Positions 55,321-63,835 of a stretch of DNA of 64,000 bases are shown piece after piece (positions within the stretch are counted from its first letter, which is position 1; every line of letters begins with the position of its first letter). The stretch covers positions 1-64,000 of the IMG/VR virus record IMGVR_UViG_3300007276_000045, one strand, 5' to 3'. The translations under genes and the position numbers were made by a program. The notes beneath the pieces are model-generated. The model did not search any database, was not told the origin of the DNA, and saw only the letters and a list, made by a program, of their open reading frames with translations. This DNA comes from a virus.

Positions 55321-57105
55321 TTAACCCTCTTGTGATTCGTCCTCGTCCTCGTCTTCGGATTCTTGCTCAGGCTCATCACCTTTCATACCTGCGAGCAACT
55401 CATCCATATCCTTCAAAGCCTCTAAGAACTCTTCCTTCTTCATTGGCTCTGCTTTTTCCTCTGAGTCCTCGGTTTCTGGTACGACTGGTTCCTCAGCCTC
55501 TTCTTTTACCTTCTTCTTCTTCTTCTTTTTAGATTCGGTTTTCTCATCAGGGCCTTCCTCGCCACCCTCTTCAGAGTCAGCGTCATCATCATCTCCACCA
55601 CCACCTCCAGCGGTACTGAATGGAGCAGGCTTGGAGAACTCAGCAGCACCTTCCTGTGCTTTTTGGACTGAATCGTCTTCCATATCGGCTTCACTGGCTG
55701 GGTCTTTTTCATCGGCCTCAGCCTTCTTCTTCTGCTTCTCTTGTTCAATACCCAACTTATCCTTCTCAATCACCTTAGCCTTGTCGTGCAGAAGCTTGGC
55801 CTTAGCCTTTTCAAGAAGCTCTTGGGTGTTAACATTCTCATCTAAGATATCTTCAAACGAGATGCTTTCAGCTAGGGTAAAGTCTTCACAGAAGGAAGTA
55901 TACCCACAAGTTTCAAAGCATTCTTGCAGAACATCATTAACATCAATAACCTCTACACCGTTTTTCTTCTTCAGGAGTAAAGCAACTTCTGATAACGTGG
56001 ACTTAACAACGCTACCTTTAGGAGCTAATCGGGAGAGAGCTTCAAAAATCACAACTTGCGTATTGGCTAGGCTAGAGAACGTAGCCGTTTCCTTAAGGTT
56101 CTGGACATTAATACCGTACTTCTCATTTAGAAGATTAAGGATAATCTGCTTAAGAGGCTTCTTCATCTCGTAGATTCTAGAGCTAAACTCTTTAATATCC
56201 TTAGCGGAGATTGCGTTATGATCGGTTAAGCTAAAAGCGTTAGTAAGACTCTCGTTTAGTTGACGCTTAGTAGTTAGTGCGAGAAAGGGAACATCCACAA
56301 CGGCTTCGACTAGCGACTCAAGAACTGTCTCATCGTTATCTTCAAAGAGTAAGCTAGCGAGTTGGCGAATATGGGGGTTAGTAGCCCAAACATCTTCAAA
56401 GTTCTTCTTGGATTCAAGAAGTTCCTTCTTTACAAGCTCTTGCTTGCAGACCAAATCGTAAACCGACTTGTTGATCCCTTTAGCGACACGGTAGCTGCCT
56501 GATTCTTGAAGAGCTTCGAAAGATAGACGCGGGAAGTTAAAGGCTCTCGATACGGAGTCAGAAAGTTTAATCGAGTTCTCTACTTCTTGTACCTTTTGCA
56601 CCGTCTCACGGTTTTCTTCAAGGAACTCCACGATCTGAGGCATAATCTCTAGGAATCGTTGGAACTGCTCAGTGTTAACGATGTCTTGGCTATCACCGAA
56701 AACAGCAGACTTCTCATCTAATCGCTTCTTCACGTTCTGGAACTTCAACCGATTCTCCCAAAGGGACAAAAGCTCGTTGAAGCTGCCGTCAGCATCATTG
56801 TAGCGATCCTCATTTAGATCCCCAACAAAATAACTAACCTTTCGATCCACAAAGCTGTCGAACACTTCGTTGTCTGAGAAGATCTCAGAATCTTGGATAG
56901 TGATGTTGCTAAAGGCTAAATCCTCTTGGCAATCATAGTTACCTGAAATAACCTTACCATTTTCAGTAAGGTAGGCTACTTTTTGGTCTTCACTATCAAT
57001 AGAGAACAACTCTACATTTTCTCGTAAAGATCTACCTAAGCAATCACCTAACTTAAGTAGGTTCGTAACGGTTGTGTTTCTGTTTTCGAATAAATGATCA
57101 AACAT
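55321..57105 (-). CDS. Hypothetical protein after the portal gene, candidate prohead core protein
   Basis: 594 aa with a very acidic C-terminus and many LxE sites; AGGAG ribosome-binding site. Confidence 0.6.
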   Translation of the reverse strand: MFDHLFENRNTTVTNLLKLGDCLGRSLRENVELFSIDSEDQKVAYLTENGKVISGNYDCQEDLAFSNITIQDSEIFSDNEVFDSFVDRKVSYFVGDLNEDRYNDADGSFNELLSLWENRLKFQNVKKRLDEKSAVFGDSQDIVNTEQFQRFLEIMPQIVEFLEENRETVQKVQEVENSIKLSDSVSRAFNFPRLSFEALQESGSYRVAKGINKSVYDLVCKQELVKKELLESKKNFEDVWATNPHIRQLASLLFEDNDETVLESLVEAVVDVPFLALTTKRQLNESLTNAFSLTDHNAISAKDIKEFSSRIYEMKKPLKQIILNLLNEKYGINVQNLKETATFSSLANTQVVIFEALSRLAPKGSVVKSTLSEVALLLKKKNGVEVIDVNDVLQECFETCGYTSFCEDFTLAESISFEDILDENVNTQELLEKAKAKLLHDKAKVIEKDKLGIEQEKQKKKAEADEKDPASEADMEDDSVQKAQEGAAEFSKPAPFSTAGGGGGDDDDADSEEGGEEGPDEKTESKKKKKKKVKEEAEEPVVPETEDSEEKAEPMKKEEFLEALKDMDELLAGMKGDEPEQESEDEDEDESQEG

Positions 57106-57155
57106 TTCTAACTCCTTGTCTTTTATAATAGACCATGTTTATATAGTAAAGCTAC

Positions 57156-59033
57156 TTAGATATTATTTTGGGGATTTCGTACATTTCTGTTCATAACCCT
57201 ATCTAACGCTTTTGTTTTAGTGGAACCGCTACCAGATTCAGAAATTATTTTCTTCTTAAGTCTAGCAAGAGCGGCATGAGTTTTGGGATCAATGGATTCC
57301 TTCTTAGGCTTGGCCTTTTCGACTTCCATTTGTCTTTCAGCATCAGCCTGTTTAGAACCTTCATCACGGTCAGCATCAGCGTCCTTACCCTTCTGCTCGC
57401 GATCCATGTCCTTGTCTTTGTTTTGTTGGTCAAGACCAGACTGCTGTTCAGCCTCTCCCTGCTGATCTGCTGCTTCCTCTTCTTTCTCTTTCTTAAGCTC
57501 CTCCTGCATCTGCTGGATTTGCTCCTCAGTCATGTCGTAGAACTCTTTATAGATGGTAGATTTAGGAAAAATACCTAAGCCCACAACTGCCTGTACTACG
57601 CGAGCTTTTTGCTCATCAATTTCCATTTTTCTCTTAGTAAATACATCACTAGGGTCTGGAAGCTGGATACGAAGTTCTTTAAACATGCTGGCTGGGTAAC
57701 CTACAAGAGCAAGGTGTCTACGAGCAATCTGCTCTAAGCCCATCTCCATTTGCTGTTGAACGCGACTAATAACGCGAGCAAACTTAGCATCTAATTGTGA
57801 CAGGTTCGCCTTACGCTCAGGGGACTTATCCTTCTCAACAATGTAATCCTTCGGAACCTTCAGTGCAGCCAGAAGCTTATCACGGAAGTACCTTACATCA
57901 TCAACCTCACCTAAGTTTTGTGCGCCGGGGAGCGTGTCAATCTTAGTGCCTTGGTTTCCTCTTGTGGGAACGAAAAAGTCCTCATCAGCACTAAGTGGGT
58001 TGTAGCGAGAATCAACAGTGCCATCATTAGCGTTGTAGTATTTTTCCTTCTTGAACTTCTCCTTTACCTTTTCGATGAACATCTCAGCTTTGGTAGCTGG
58101 CATGTTGGCAACGTCAATGTAGAAAATTCTTCTTTCAGGTGCTCTAGCTAGACGGTAGATAAGCATCGCATCTTCCATAAGCTTGAGAGAGCGGAATACT
58201 CGAACAGCTAGGGCTGCAATAGACTTACCGTATGGGTAGAATGCAGGGTCAGAAGTTCTAAGCCTAAAGTGTACAATCTGGTTTCTATCTAAAGTGATAT
58301 ACTTAGAACTAGCCATATTACCAGCCATGCTACCAAATGCTTGCCAATCATTATCCTCTGGAATCTCTTGCAAGAAATCCGTAAGGTAGCCGTATTCATT
58401 CTCCACCCGAATAATAAAGTTAGGGTTTAGAACCTTTAGCCTTTGCAATCCTCTTTTTGGATGATTAACATCGAGAACCGTTTCGATAAAGCAGTCCCCA
58501 TATTTGCAGGTATTTCTGATGATATCCCAGTAGTCCCTATCTAGCTGAATCTTCTTGAAGCACTTATTTACCTCATCCACAACCATCTGGCTATCAGCAA
58601 GAACAGTCCATCTCTCGTTACGCAGATTTTTTTGAGTCGAATCGTCAGCATAGATATCAAATGCAACCCCGATTTCGGGATAATCATCCATCTCCTCATA
58701 CTTTGTATAACGCTCCCTCCTGTTCTTCTCCAGTTCAGGAAGCTGCAATGTGGTCCTACTAAGAGCACCAAGAGCGGGGAGAGTATCGGGCTTGACAGTA
58801 TCGACATTCTGTACCGTGTCTCCAGCTAGGGTGGCTTGAGGAGTTACCCCATCATCTGCCTGCTTTGCCATATAAGGCGCAGCCTTTGTAGCAAAGAATC
58901 TAGCGAGGAATTGGCCTAACCGACCTGACGGCCAGAAGTAAGGACCAGTGTTACTATCAGGTGTGTTTGAGAATTTAGTATTGCCGATGGCATCCTCATT
59001 TAACTTGTCTTCGTCTTTTATTTCATCAGCCAT
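57156..59033 (-). CDS. Portal protein (gp20-like)
   Basis: LKLMEDAMLIYRLARAPERRIFYIDV, EDFFVP, IDTLPGAQNLGEVDDVRYF. Confidence 0.97.
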   Translation of the reverse strand: MADEIKDEDKLNEDAIGNTKFSNTPDSNTGPYFWPSGRLGQFLARFFATKAAPYMAKQADDGVTPQATLAGDTVQNVDTVKPDTLPALGALSRTTLQLPELEKNRRERYTKYEEMDDYPEIGVAFDIYADDSTQKNLRNERWTVLADSQMVVDEVNKCFKKIQLDRDYWDIIRNTCKYGDCFIETVLDVNHPKRGLQRLKVLNPNFIIRVENEYGYLTDFLQEIPEDNDWQAFGSMAGNMASSKYITLDRNQIVHFRLRTSDPAFYPYGKSIAALAVRVFRSLKLMEDAMLIYRLARAPERRIFYIDVANMPATKAEMFIEKVKEKFKKEKYYNANDGTVDSRYNPLSADEDFFVPTRGNQGTKIDTLPGAQNLGEVDDVRYFRDKLLAALKVPKDYIVEKDKSPERKANLSQLDAKFARVISRVQQQMEMGLEQIARRHLALVGYPASMFKELRIQLPDPSDVFTKRKMEIDEQKARVVQAVVGLGIFPKSTIYKEFYDMTEEQIQQMQEELKKEKEEEAADQQGEAEQQSGLDQQNKDKDMDREQKGKDADADRDEGSKQADAERQMEVEKAKPKKESIDPKTHAALARLKKKIISESGSGSTKTKALDRVMNRNVRNPQNNI

Positions 59034-60556
59034 CTTATATCTTCCTCTAATTCTTGGTTAACCGCGTCATGGACAGTGGACCTCATAGGTTCTGGAGGTC
59101 TACGTTCTTGTTCTTCTAGGCTATCTTTCATCTCTAAGGGACCACTCCCTGCTAATGTATGTAGTAAAAATATAGAAATTGAAAGGCTCATAATTAAATC
59201 ATCATGCTTGCCTTCATCAGCAGTAATCTTTCCATTATCGTCAACAATAAAAGTTAGAAGCTCCTCCACAGTTCTTTTAGAATTAATTTTAATAAAGTTG
59301 TTTCGAATGTATTCTTCCATCCTAGCTAGAAGTTCCTCACGGTTCCTCGTCGTGACCTGAATACCAAAATCGTTTTTATCATCAATCCATAGATTGTCAT
59401 ACTCCATAACATTGAACATCCAATCAATCAGGTTGTTGCCGATTGTGTTCCGCTCAATAATTACGGATGCATTATTATATAGATTAGCTTCGTTAGTTAA
59501 AATTTGAGCAAGTTCATTAATTGGGGTTTTATTGGAGTAAAATTCCGCAACTTGCTCACCTGTGTAGGCATTAAAAATATGAAAAGCGGAATTATCCCGT
59601 TCCCTACCTAAGCTCACATCTACCCCAATCACATATTCGTGCTCTGGGCTAGGGTCTTTCCAGACCCGCATCTTATTATTGTACTTAATCCAGTAGTCTT
59701 CGTTCTGCTCCTCTACCAACCTAGTGAGTAGGTAACCCTCCAAATAGGTATCACCTGTACCGAGGAACTCACACTCATACTCTTGAAGCCACTGCTTTAG
59801 GGGCATGTTAGCTTTTGTAGTTTTTTCCCAATCATCTACATGAAGATCTTTCTTTTCCATCTCATCGTAAAGAAAATCAAACCCCTCCATCCGTTTATAC
59901 TCAGGGTGGGATTCCCAGTTAATGTCAATAGCGTTGAAGGAGTTCTCCTTTGCTAAGGCTTTGTGATACACATCATAATACCAATTGCCAATACCATTAA
60001 CGGTAGAAAGGACAAAAGCCCTACCTCCTGTGGAGATAATTGGGTATACAGCAGCCCAAATAGTGTCAATGTTTTCAATGAAAGCAGCCTCGTCAATAAT
60101 TAGAAGGGAGCCAGCTAGGGAGCGGCCTGATTGCTTGCCTGATGGGCGAGACTTGATTGAAGAGCCTGTGGCTAACTTCATGGTATGTTTGTTATCTTCA
60201 ACTAACTTAGGTCTTAAGAACACGGGAAGTTCTTCGTACATAATTTTAATACGATCCAGAACCTCCGTTGACTCAGCATCACCTTTTGACAAAATAACTA
60301 CTTGCTTGTGTTTCTGGAACACGATCATCCACAAGGCATACGCAGCCGAGATCGTAGTGCAACCAGCCTGTCGGAACTTTCTTAGAATATTAAACCGATG
60401 TTCTTGCAAACATTTTAAAATATCCGTTTGAAAAGGGTATAACTTAAAGGGGACAAGACCACGAACGGGGTGAGTGACCTTGATGTAGTTAGAAATAAAA
60501 TAACTAGCATCAGCCCTACACTTCTTAAACTCTTCTACTAATTCTGCTTGTTCCAT
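59018..60556 (-). CDS. Terminase large subunit (gp17-like)
   Basis: FKLYPFQ, RQAGCTT (Walker A variant), LLIIDEAAF, LSTVNG, QEYECEFLG, GVDVS, HDDLIM. Confidence 0.97.
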   Translation of the reverse strand: MEQAELVEEFKKCRADASYFISNYIKVTHPVRGLVPFKLYPFQTDILKCLQEHRFNILRKFRQAGCTTISAAYALWMIVFQKHKQVVILSKGDAESTEVLDRIKIMYEELPVFLRPKLVEDNKHTMKLATGSSIKSRPSGKQSGRSLAGSLLIIDEAAFIENIDTIWAAVYPIISTGGRAFVLSTVNGIGNWYYDVYHKALAKENSFNAIDINWESHPEYKRMEGFDFLYDEMEKKDLHVDDWEKTTKANMPLKQWLQEYECEFLGTGDTYLEGYLLTRLVEEQNEDYWIKYNNKMRVWKDPSPEHEYVIGVDVSLGRERDNSAFHIFNAYTGEQVAEFYSNKTPINELAQILTNEANLYNNASVIIERNTIGNNLIDWMFNVMEYDNLWIDDKNDFGIQVTTRNREELLARMEEYIRNNFIKINSKRTVEELLTFIVDDNGKITADEGKHDDLIMSLSISIFLLHTLAGSGPLEMKDSLEEQERRPPEPMRSTVHDAVNQELEEDIRWLMK

Positions 60557-60587
60557 GATTGTATGCTAACTTTTACTATTATAGTCC

Positions 60588-61268
60588 ATGAAGATCTTCG
60601 CAGTAATATGTACTAGAACTAATAATTTCAGCAAAGTTACACGGGACTTGTTAGATACACTATCTAGCTTTGGTGTGCAAGTTAAAGTGATGACAAACCA
60701 AACATCTATCTTTGAAGCCTACAAAAAAGGACTAGACAAGTGTGATGCAAGCAGTGAGGATATCGTGATATTCTGCCATGACGATATTGAGCTTTTGGAT
60801 ACTAAGGCCGACTTCATAGCTAAAATAGCTTCTTGCTTACGAGAGAATACAGGCATCGTAGGCCCAGCAGGAACCACACGGCTTGGCCCTGATGCCGTAT
60901 GGTGGAATTACGACAACTGGAGGGCTGGTTTACATAGCGGAGCAGTGTATCACCGAGGCGAGAAGGGTCAAATATACAACACTGAATACGGACCCTACAG
61001 AAGAGTGGTAGTTTTAGACGGTCTATTCCTAGCGGCTAGAAAATGTGTATGGGATACCGTAGGAATGGGCAAGCCAGACTACTTTAGAGGGGACTGGGAC
61101 TTCTACGATCTCCATTATACCAGCAAAGCACACAATTCAAAGCTAGAGAACCACACAATTCCCATAAAAATCATCCACCACTCCGCAGGGGATATCGTGG
61201 GCAGAGATTCTTGGCACAAAAACCGAGAAGCCTTCATAAATAACACTTCACTACCCTTGGTTTCCTAA
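60588..61268 (+). CDS. GT-A fold glycosyltransferase (family 2-like)
   Basis: SIFEAYKKG, IFCHDDI, VGPAG, VVLDGLFLA, WDFYD, IIHHS. Confidence 0.82.
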   Translation: MKIFAVICTRTNNFSKVTRDLLDTLSSFGVQVKVMTNQTSIFEAYKKGLDKCDASSEDIVIFCHDDIELLDTKADFIAKIASCLRENTGIVGPAGTTRLGPDAVWWNYDNWRAGLHSGAVYHRGEKGQIYNTEYGPYRRVVVLDGLFLAARKCVWDTVGMGKPDYFRGDWDFYDLHYTSKAHNSKLENHTIPIKIIHHSAGDIVGRDSWHKNREAFINNTSLPLVS

Positions 61269-61552
61269 TGGAATTACTTATCTGGACACTCGTTAGTTTT
61301 GGAATCACTTTCTCAGTGACTCACGGCAAGATTTTTGCCAATATGCGTAAAAACGCAGCAGAGGAGAGCCAAAAGCTTGGAGAACTCCTCCACTGTCCCA
61401 TGTGTTTGGGATTTTGGGTTGGAATGTTGCTTAGTGTAGCTTGGAAAAGTATCACTGGCAACTTTATCCTTGATGGGTTCCTCTCCCTATCAACGTGTTG
61501 GCTGCTTTTCACAGTCAGTTGGGCATTAGCCCTGCACGATGATAGGGTTTAG
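61268..61552 (+). CDS. Small membrane protein with CxxC (DUF1360-like)
   Basis: Three hydrophobic segments; LGELLHCPMCLGFWVG. Confidence 0.75.
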   Translation: MELLIWTLVSFGITFSVTHGKIFANMRKNAAEESQKLGELLHCPMCLGFWVGMLLSVAWKSITGNFILDGFLSLSTCWLLFTVSWALALHDDRV

Positions 61553-61609
61553 TCAGCACCCGTTACTACAGTGAGCTACCCTTGGTAGCATAAACCTTTT
61601 AGTTAGCAT
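61553..61609 (-). CDS. 18-aa peptide MLTKRFMLPRVAHCSNGC (not in the ORF track)
   Basis: GGAGG Shine-Dalgarno just upstream of ATG 61609; follows the PAP2 gene and ends exactly against the convergent stop at 61552. Confidence 0.55.
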   Translation of the reverse strand: MLTKRFMLPRVAHCSNGC

Positions 61610-61621
61610 ATACCCTCCAGT

Positions 61622-62287
61622 TTATCGTTTTCTAGTGGTGAGATCAATCTTTTGATCATATTTTATAGCCTCTTTATTAGTTTTTAGGAGACTATAAAGT
61701 CTTTTAGCTAAGTAGACCCCAGCTTTGTGGTCAGAAGGATAGTGGAAACCCGCCATAATTCTCCCCTGCCCACATTCTTCCGCTGCCCTGAGAAGGTTCT
61801 TTCGATGCTCTGGGTATTTCGCAGCGTAGATCTCAGCAATCAGTCTTGATTGGGTCGTGTGTCCACTAGGGTAGGCAGGAGTTTTTGCCGTTCGGCTACC
61901 CAAAACGTCTAATTCTATATCGTAGTAGGGAGCAAGCTGAAAGGGTCGAGGTCTATTGAAGCTGTTTTTGATAGTTTTTACAATGTATGCACTTTCAGTC
62001 AAAATCTTATCAATAAACTGCTGGTCATACTCCAAACCGAAGATGTCCATATACCGTTTCACAGCAAAAGCTGGGTCAGTATCATGTTTCTTAATACTTT
62101 TTATGATACCATCTGCTCGTAAGTAGGTCGCACCCTGAACTGCTAGGAGATCCTTCCCTGTTGCCAGACTGGAGTTTTCGCTTGGTGGGGGAAGAGCAAT
62201 GAATTCTGCTCCGTCCCGAAACAAGGTTATTTCTCCTTTTGGCTTTCTTAATTTTGTAGAGTAAACTAAATCGTCTACCGGGTCCAT
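61622..62287 (-). CDS. PAP2-superfamily protein (acid phosphatase / vanadium haloperoxidase-like), soluble
   Basis: KNSFNRPRP, PAYPSGH, GRIMAGFHYPSD; no TM segments. Confidence 0.88.
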   Translation of the reverse strand: MDPVDDLVYSTKLRKPKGEITLFRDGAEFIALPPPSENSSLATGKDLLAVQGATYLRADGIIKSIKKHDTDPAFAVKRYMDIFGLEYDQQFIDKILTESAYIVKTIKNSFNRPRPFQLAPYYDIELDVLGSRTAKTPAYPSGHTTQSRLIAEIYAAKYPEHRKNLLRAAEECGQGRIMAGFHYPSDHKAGVYLAKRLYSLLKTNKEAIKYDQKIDLTTRKR

Positions 62288-62311
62288 TTGTATACCTCAA
62301 CTATTAACACG

Positions 62312-63208
62312 CTAACAGTTCCATTTACGAAGAGCCTTGTTGATACGAGAGTTCGGATCACTGGCAGTCTTCTTGGAGGTTAGGCGTTTCTTCATACCAC
62401 CCATTCTAGAGCAGAAAGACTTACGGCGACCAGCAGCCTTACTACCTTTCTTAAGCTTAGATGGCTTCGTGGTTACAGCAGTCTTTAATTTAGAACCGGG
62501 GTTCTTTCTACGGTAGGCAGCAACGCCCTTGGCCGTCAGACCACCAGCACGGGACTTGTGAACACCCATCTTCATCTTTGGCATCGTGCCCTTCTTCTCG
62601 TCCATGTCTTCGGTCTTGCTCTTACCATAGTTTGCAGCACCTTTCTTACGGCACTGAACGAGTCGGCCAGAAGCATACGCAGAAGGCCATACCTTAGCAG
62701 TTGCTTTTACCTTACTGTAACAAGCATCCTTTTTTTCAAGGAGTTGTTCTGCCAATTTGACGTATACGGTTTCTTTTTGTTCCTTTCTCATTTTAAGTCC
62801 TTTTTTAGTAGAAGGAGTATTAATAGGTTTGCCTGATCTTTCTGGATTTGGATCATCCCTGCGCTTTTTACGAACCGCAGCACTACGACCCTTTTTACCA
62901 AGTGCAGCAGCCTTCTCTTTAGAGAAGCATTTGGGTTTCGCTTCTCCCTCCTTACGACCGCCACACTTACCTAGCTTCTTTCCCTTGGAATCATAGCGAT
63001 CCCAACCACCACCTTTGAACCAGCCTCGTAAGCCACCCTTATCGGAGCCTTCTCCTAAGCCAGCGTCTTCAGCATCCATCTCAGCCTCTTCTTCGTCATC
63101 ATATTCGGTAACCTTTTTACAAGATCCCTTCTGACCTGATACCTTACCGGGCACCCTACGATACCCCGACCAACACTTCTTTTCTTTGATTATTTTTGAG
63201 ATGGACAT
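62312..63208 (-). CDS. Basic multi-module protein (C-terminal module DUF6321-like), candidate internal head polyprotein
   Basis: Modules KKCWSGY, GGLRGWF, KKDACYSKVK...WPSAYAS, and GGLTAKG...RRKSFCSRM...LRKWNC. Confidence 0.75.
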   Translation of the reverse strand: MSISKIIKEKKCWSGYRRVPGKVSGQKGSCKKVTEYDDEEEAEMDAEDAGLGEGSDKGGLRGWFKGGGWDRYDSKGKKLGKCGGRKEGEAKPKCFSKEKAAALGKKGRSAAVRKKRRDDPNPERSGKPINTPSTKKGLKMRKEQKETVYVKLAEQLLEKKDACYSKVKATAKVWPSAYASGRLVQCRKKGAANYGKSKTEDMDEKKGTMPKMKMGVHKSRAGGLTAKGVAAYRRKNPGSKLKTAVTTKPSKLKKGSKAAGRRKSFCSRMGGMKKRLTSKKTASDPNSRINKALRKWNC

Positions 63209-63324
63209 GTATTACCTCTTGCATTATTATATAGCAGTCATTGGCCCGAAGGGCCGCGAAATTTTAAAGCCCGCTCTAAGTACTTAGCCCTATATATTAT
63301 AGTTCCCGCTTTTAGGAGGCCCAT

Positions 63325-63762
63325 ATGACGAAAAAACGACCCGTGTTTGAAGATGATGATTATACAGAGCCACGCACTCAGTTTGTGGTAAAAGATACTA
63401 CCTCTGCCTTAAAGATTAAGCGCGAAGAGCGCAAAGAAGCCGAGAAGAGATTCAAAGCTGTTATTGAAAAATCTAGAATGGAGCAGAAGCTAGAGCTTCA
63501 AAAAATGAAGCTTCAAATGACCGCTCGCGAATCAGCATCTAAGCATATCGCAGTGTTCGGTCCCCTGTACCTACTAGTTCTTGTTGGAGCATTCTTGTAC
63601 GCAGTACAATATATTCCCAGCAGCGAGATCTCAGTTGTGTCCTCAATTTTAACCTTGCTCATAACAATGTTCGGAGCCAACCTCAGATCTATTGTGGCTG
63701 GTGAGACAGATACTGGGAAGATCAAGGATGAACCGCCCAAAAAAGTAGAAGATAGTAAGTAA
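63325..63762 (+). CDS. Two-TM membrane protein with an N-terminal coiled coil (holin-like topology possible)
   Basis: AGGAGG ribosome-binding site; IAVFGPLYLLVLVGAFLYAV and ISVVSSILTLLITMFGA. Confidence 0.65.
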   Translation: MTKKRPVFEDDDYTEPRTQFVVKDTTSALKIKREERKEAEKRFKAVIEKSRMEQKLELQKMKLQMTARESASKHIAVFGPLYLLVLVGAFLYAVQYIPSSEISVVSSILTLLITMFGANLRSIVAGETDTGKIKDEPPKKVEDSK

Positions 63763-63835
63763 TTCGTTCTTACCCGTTTGAAGTTTAGCTATATAAATTA
63801 GAGAAGAGAAACACAACTCATCCTAGGAGATAATT

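Noticed and set aside
61523-61555. Selenocysteine read-through of the peptide's UGA
   Set aside because: Only a weak CCCU/AGGG stem follows and the extension would run antisense into the DUF1360-like gene; kept only as a remote possibility
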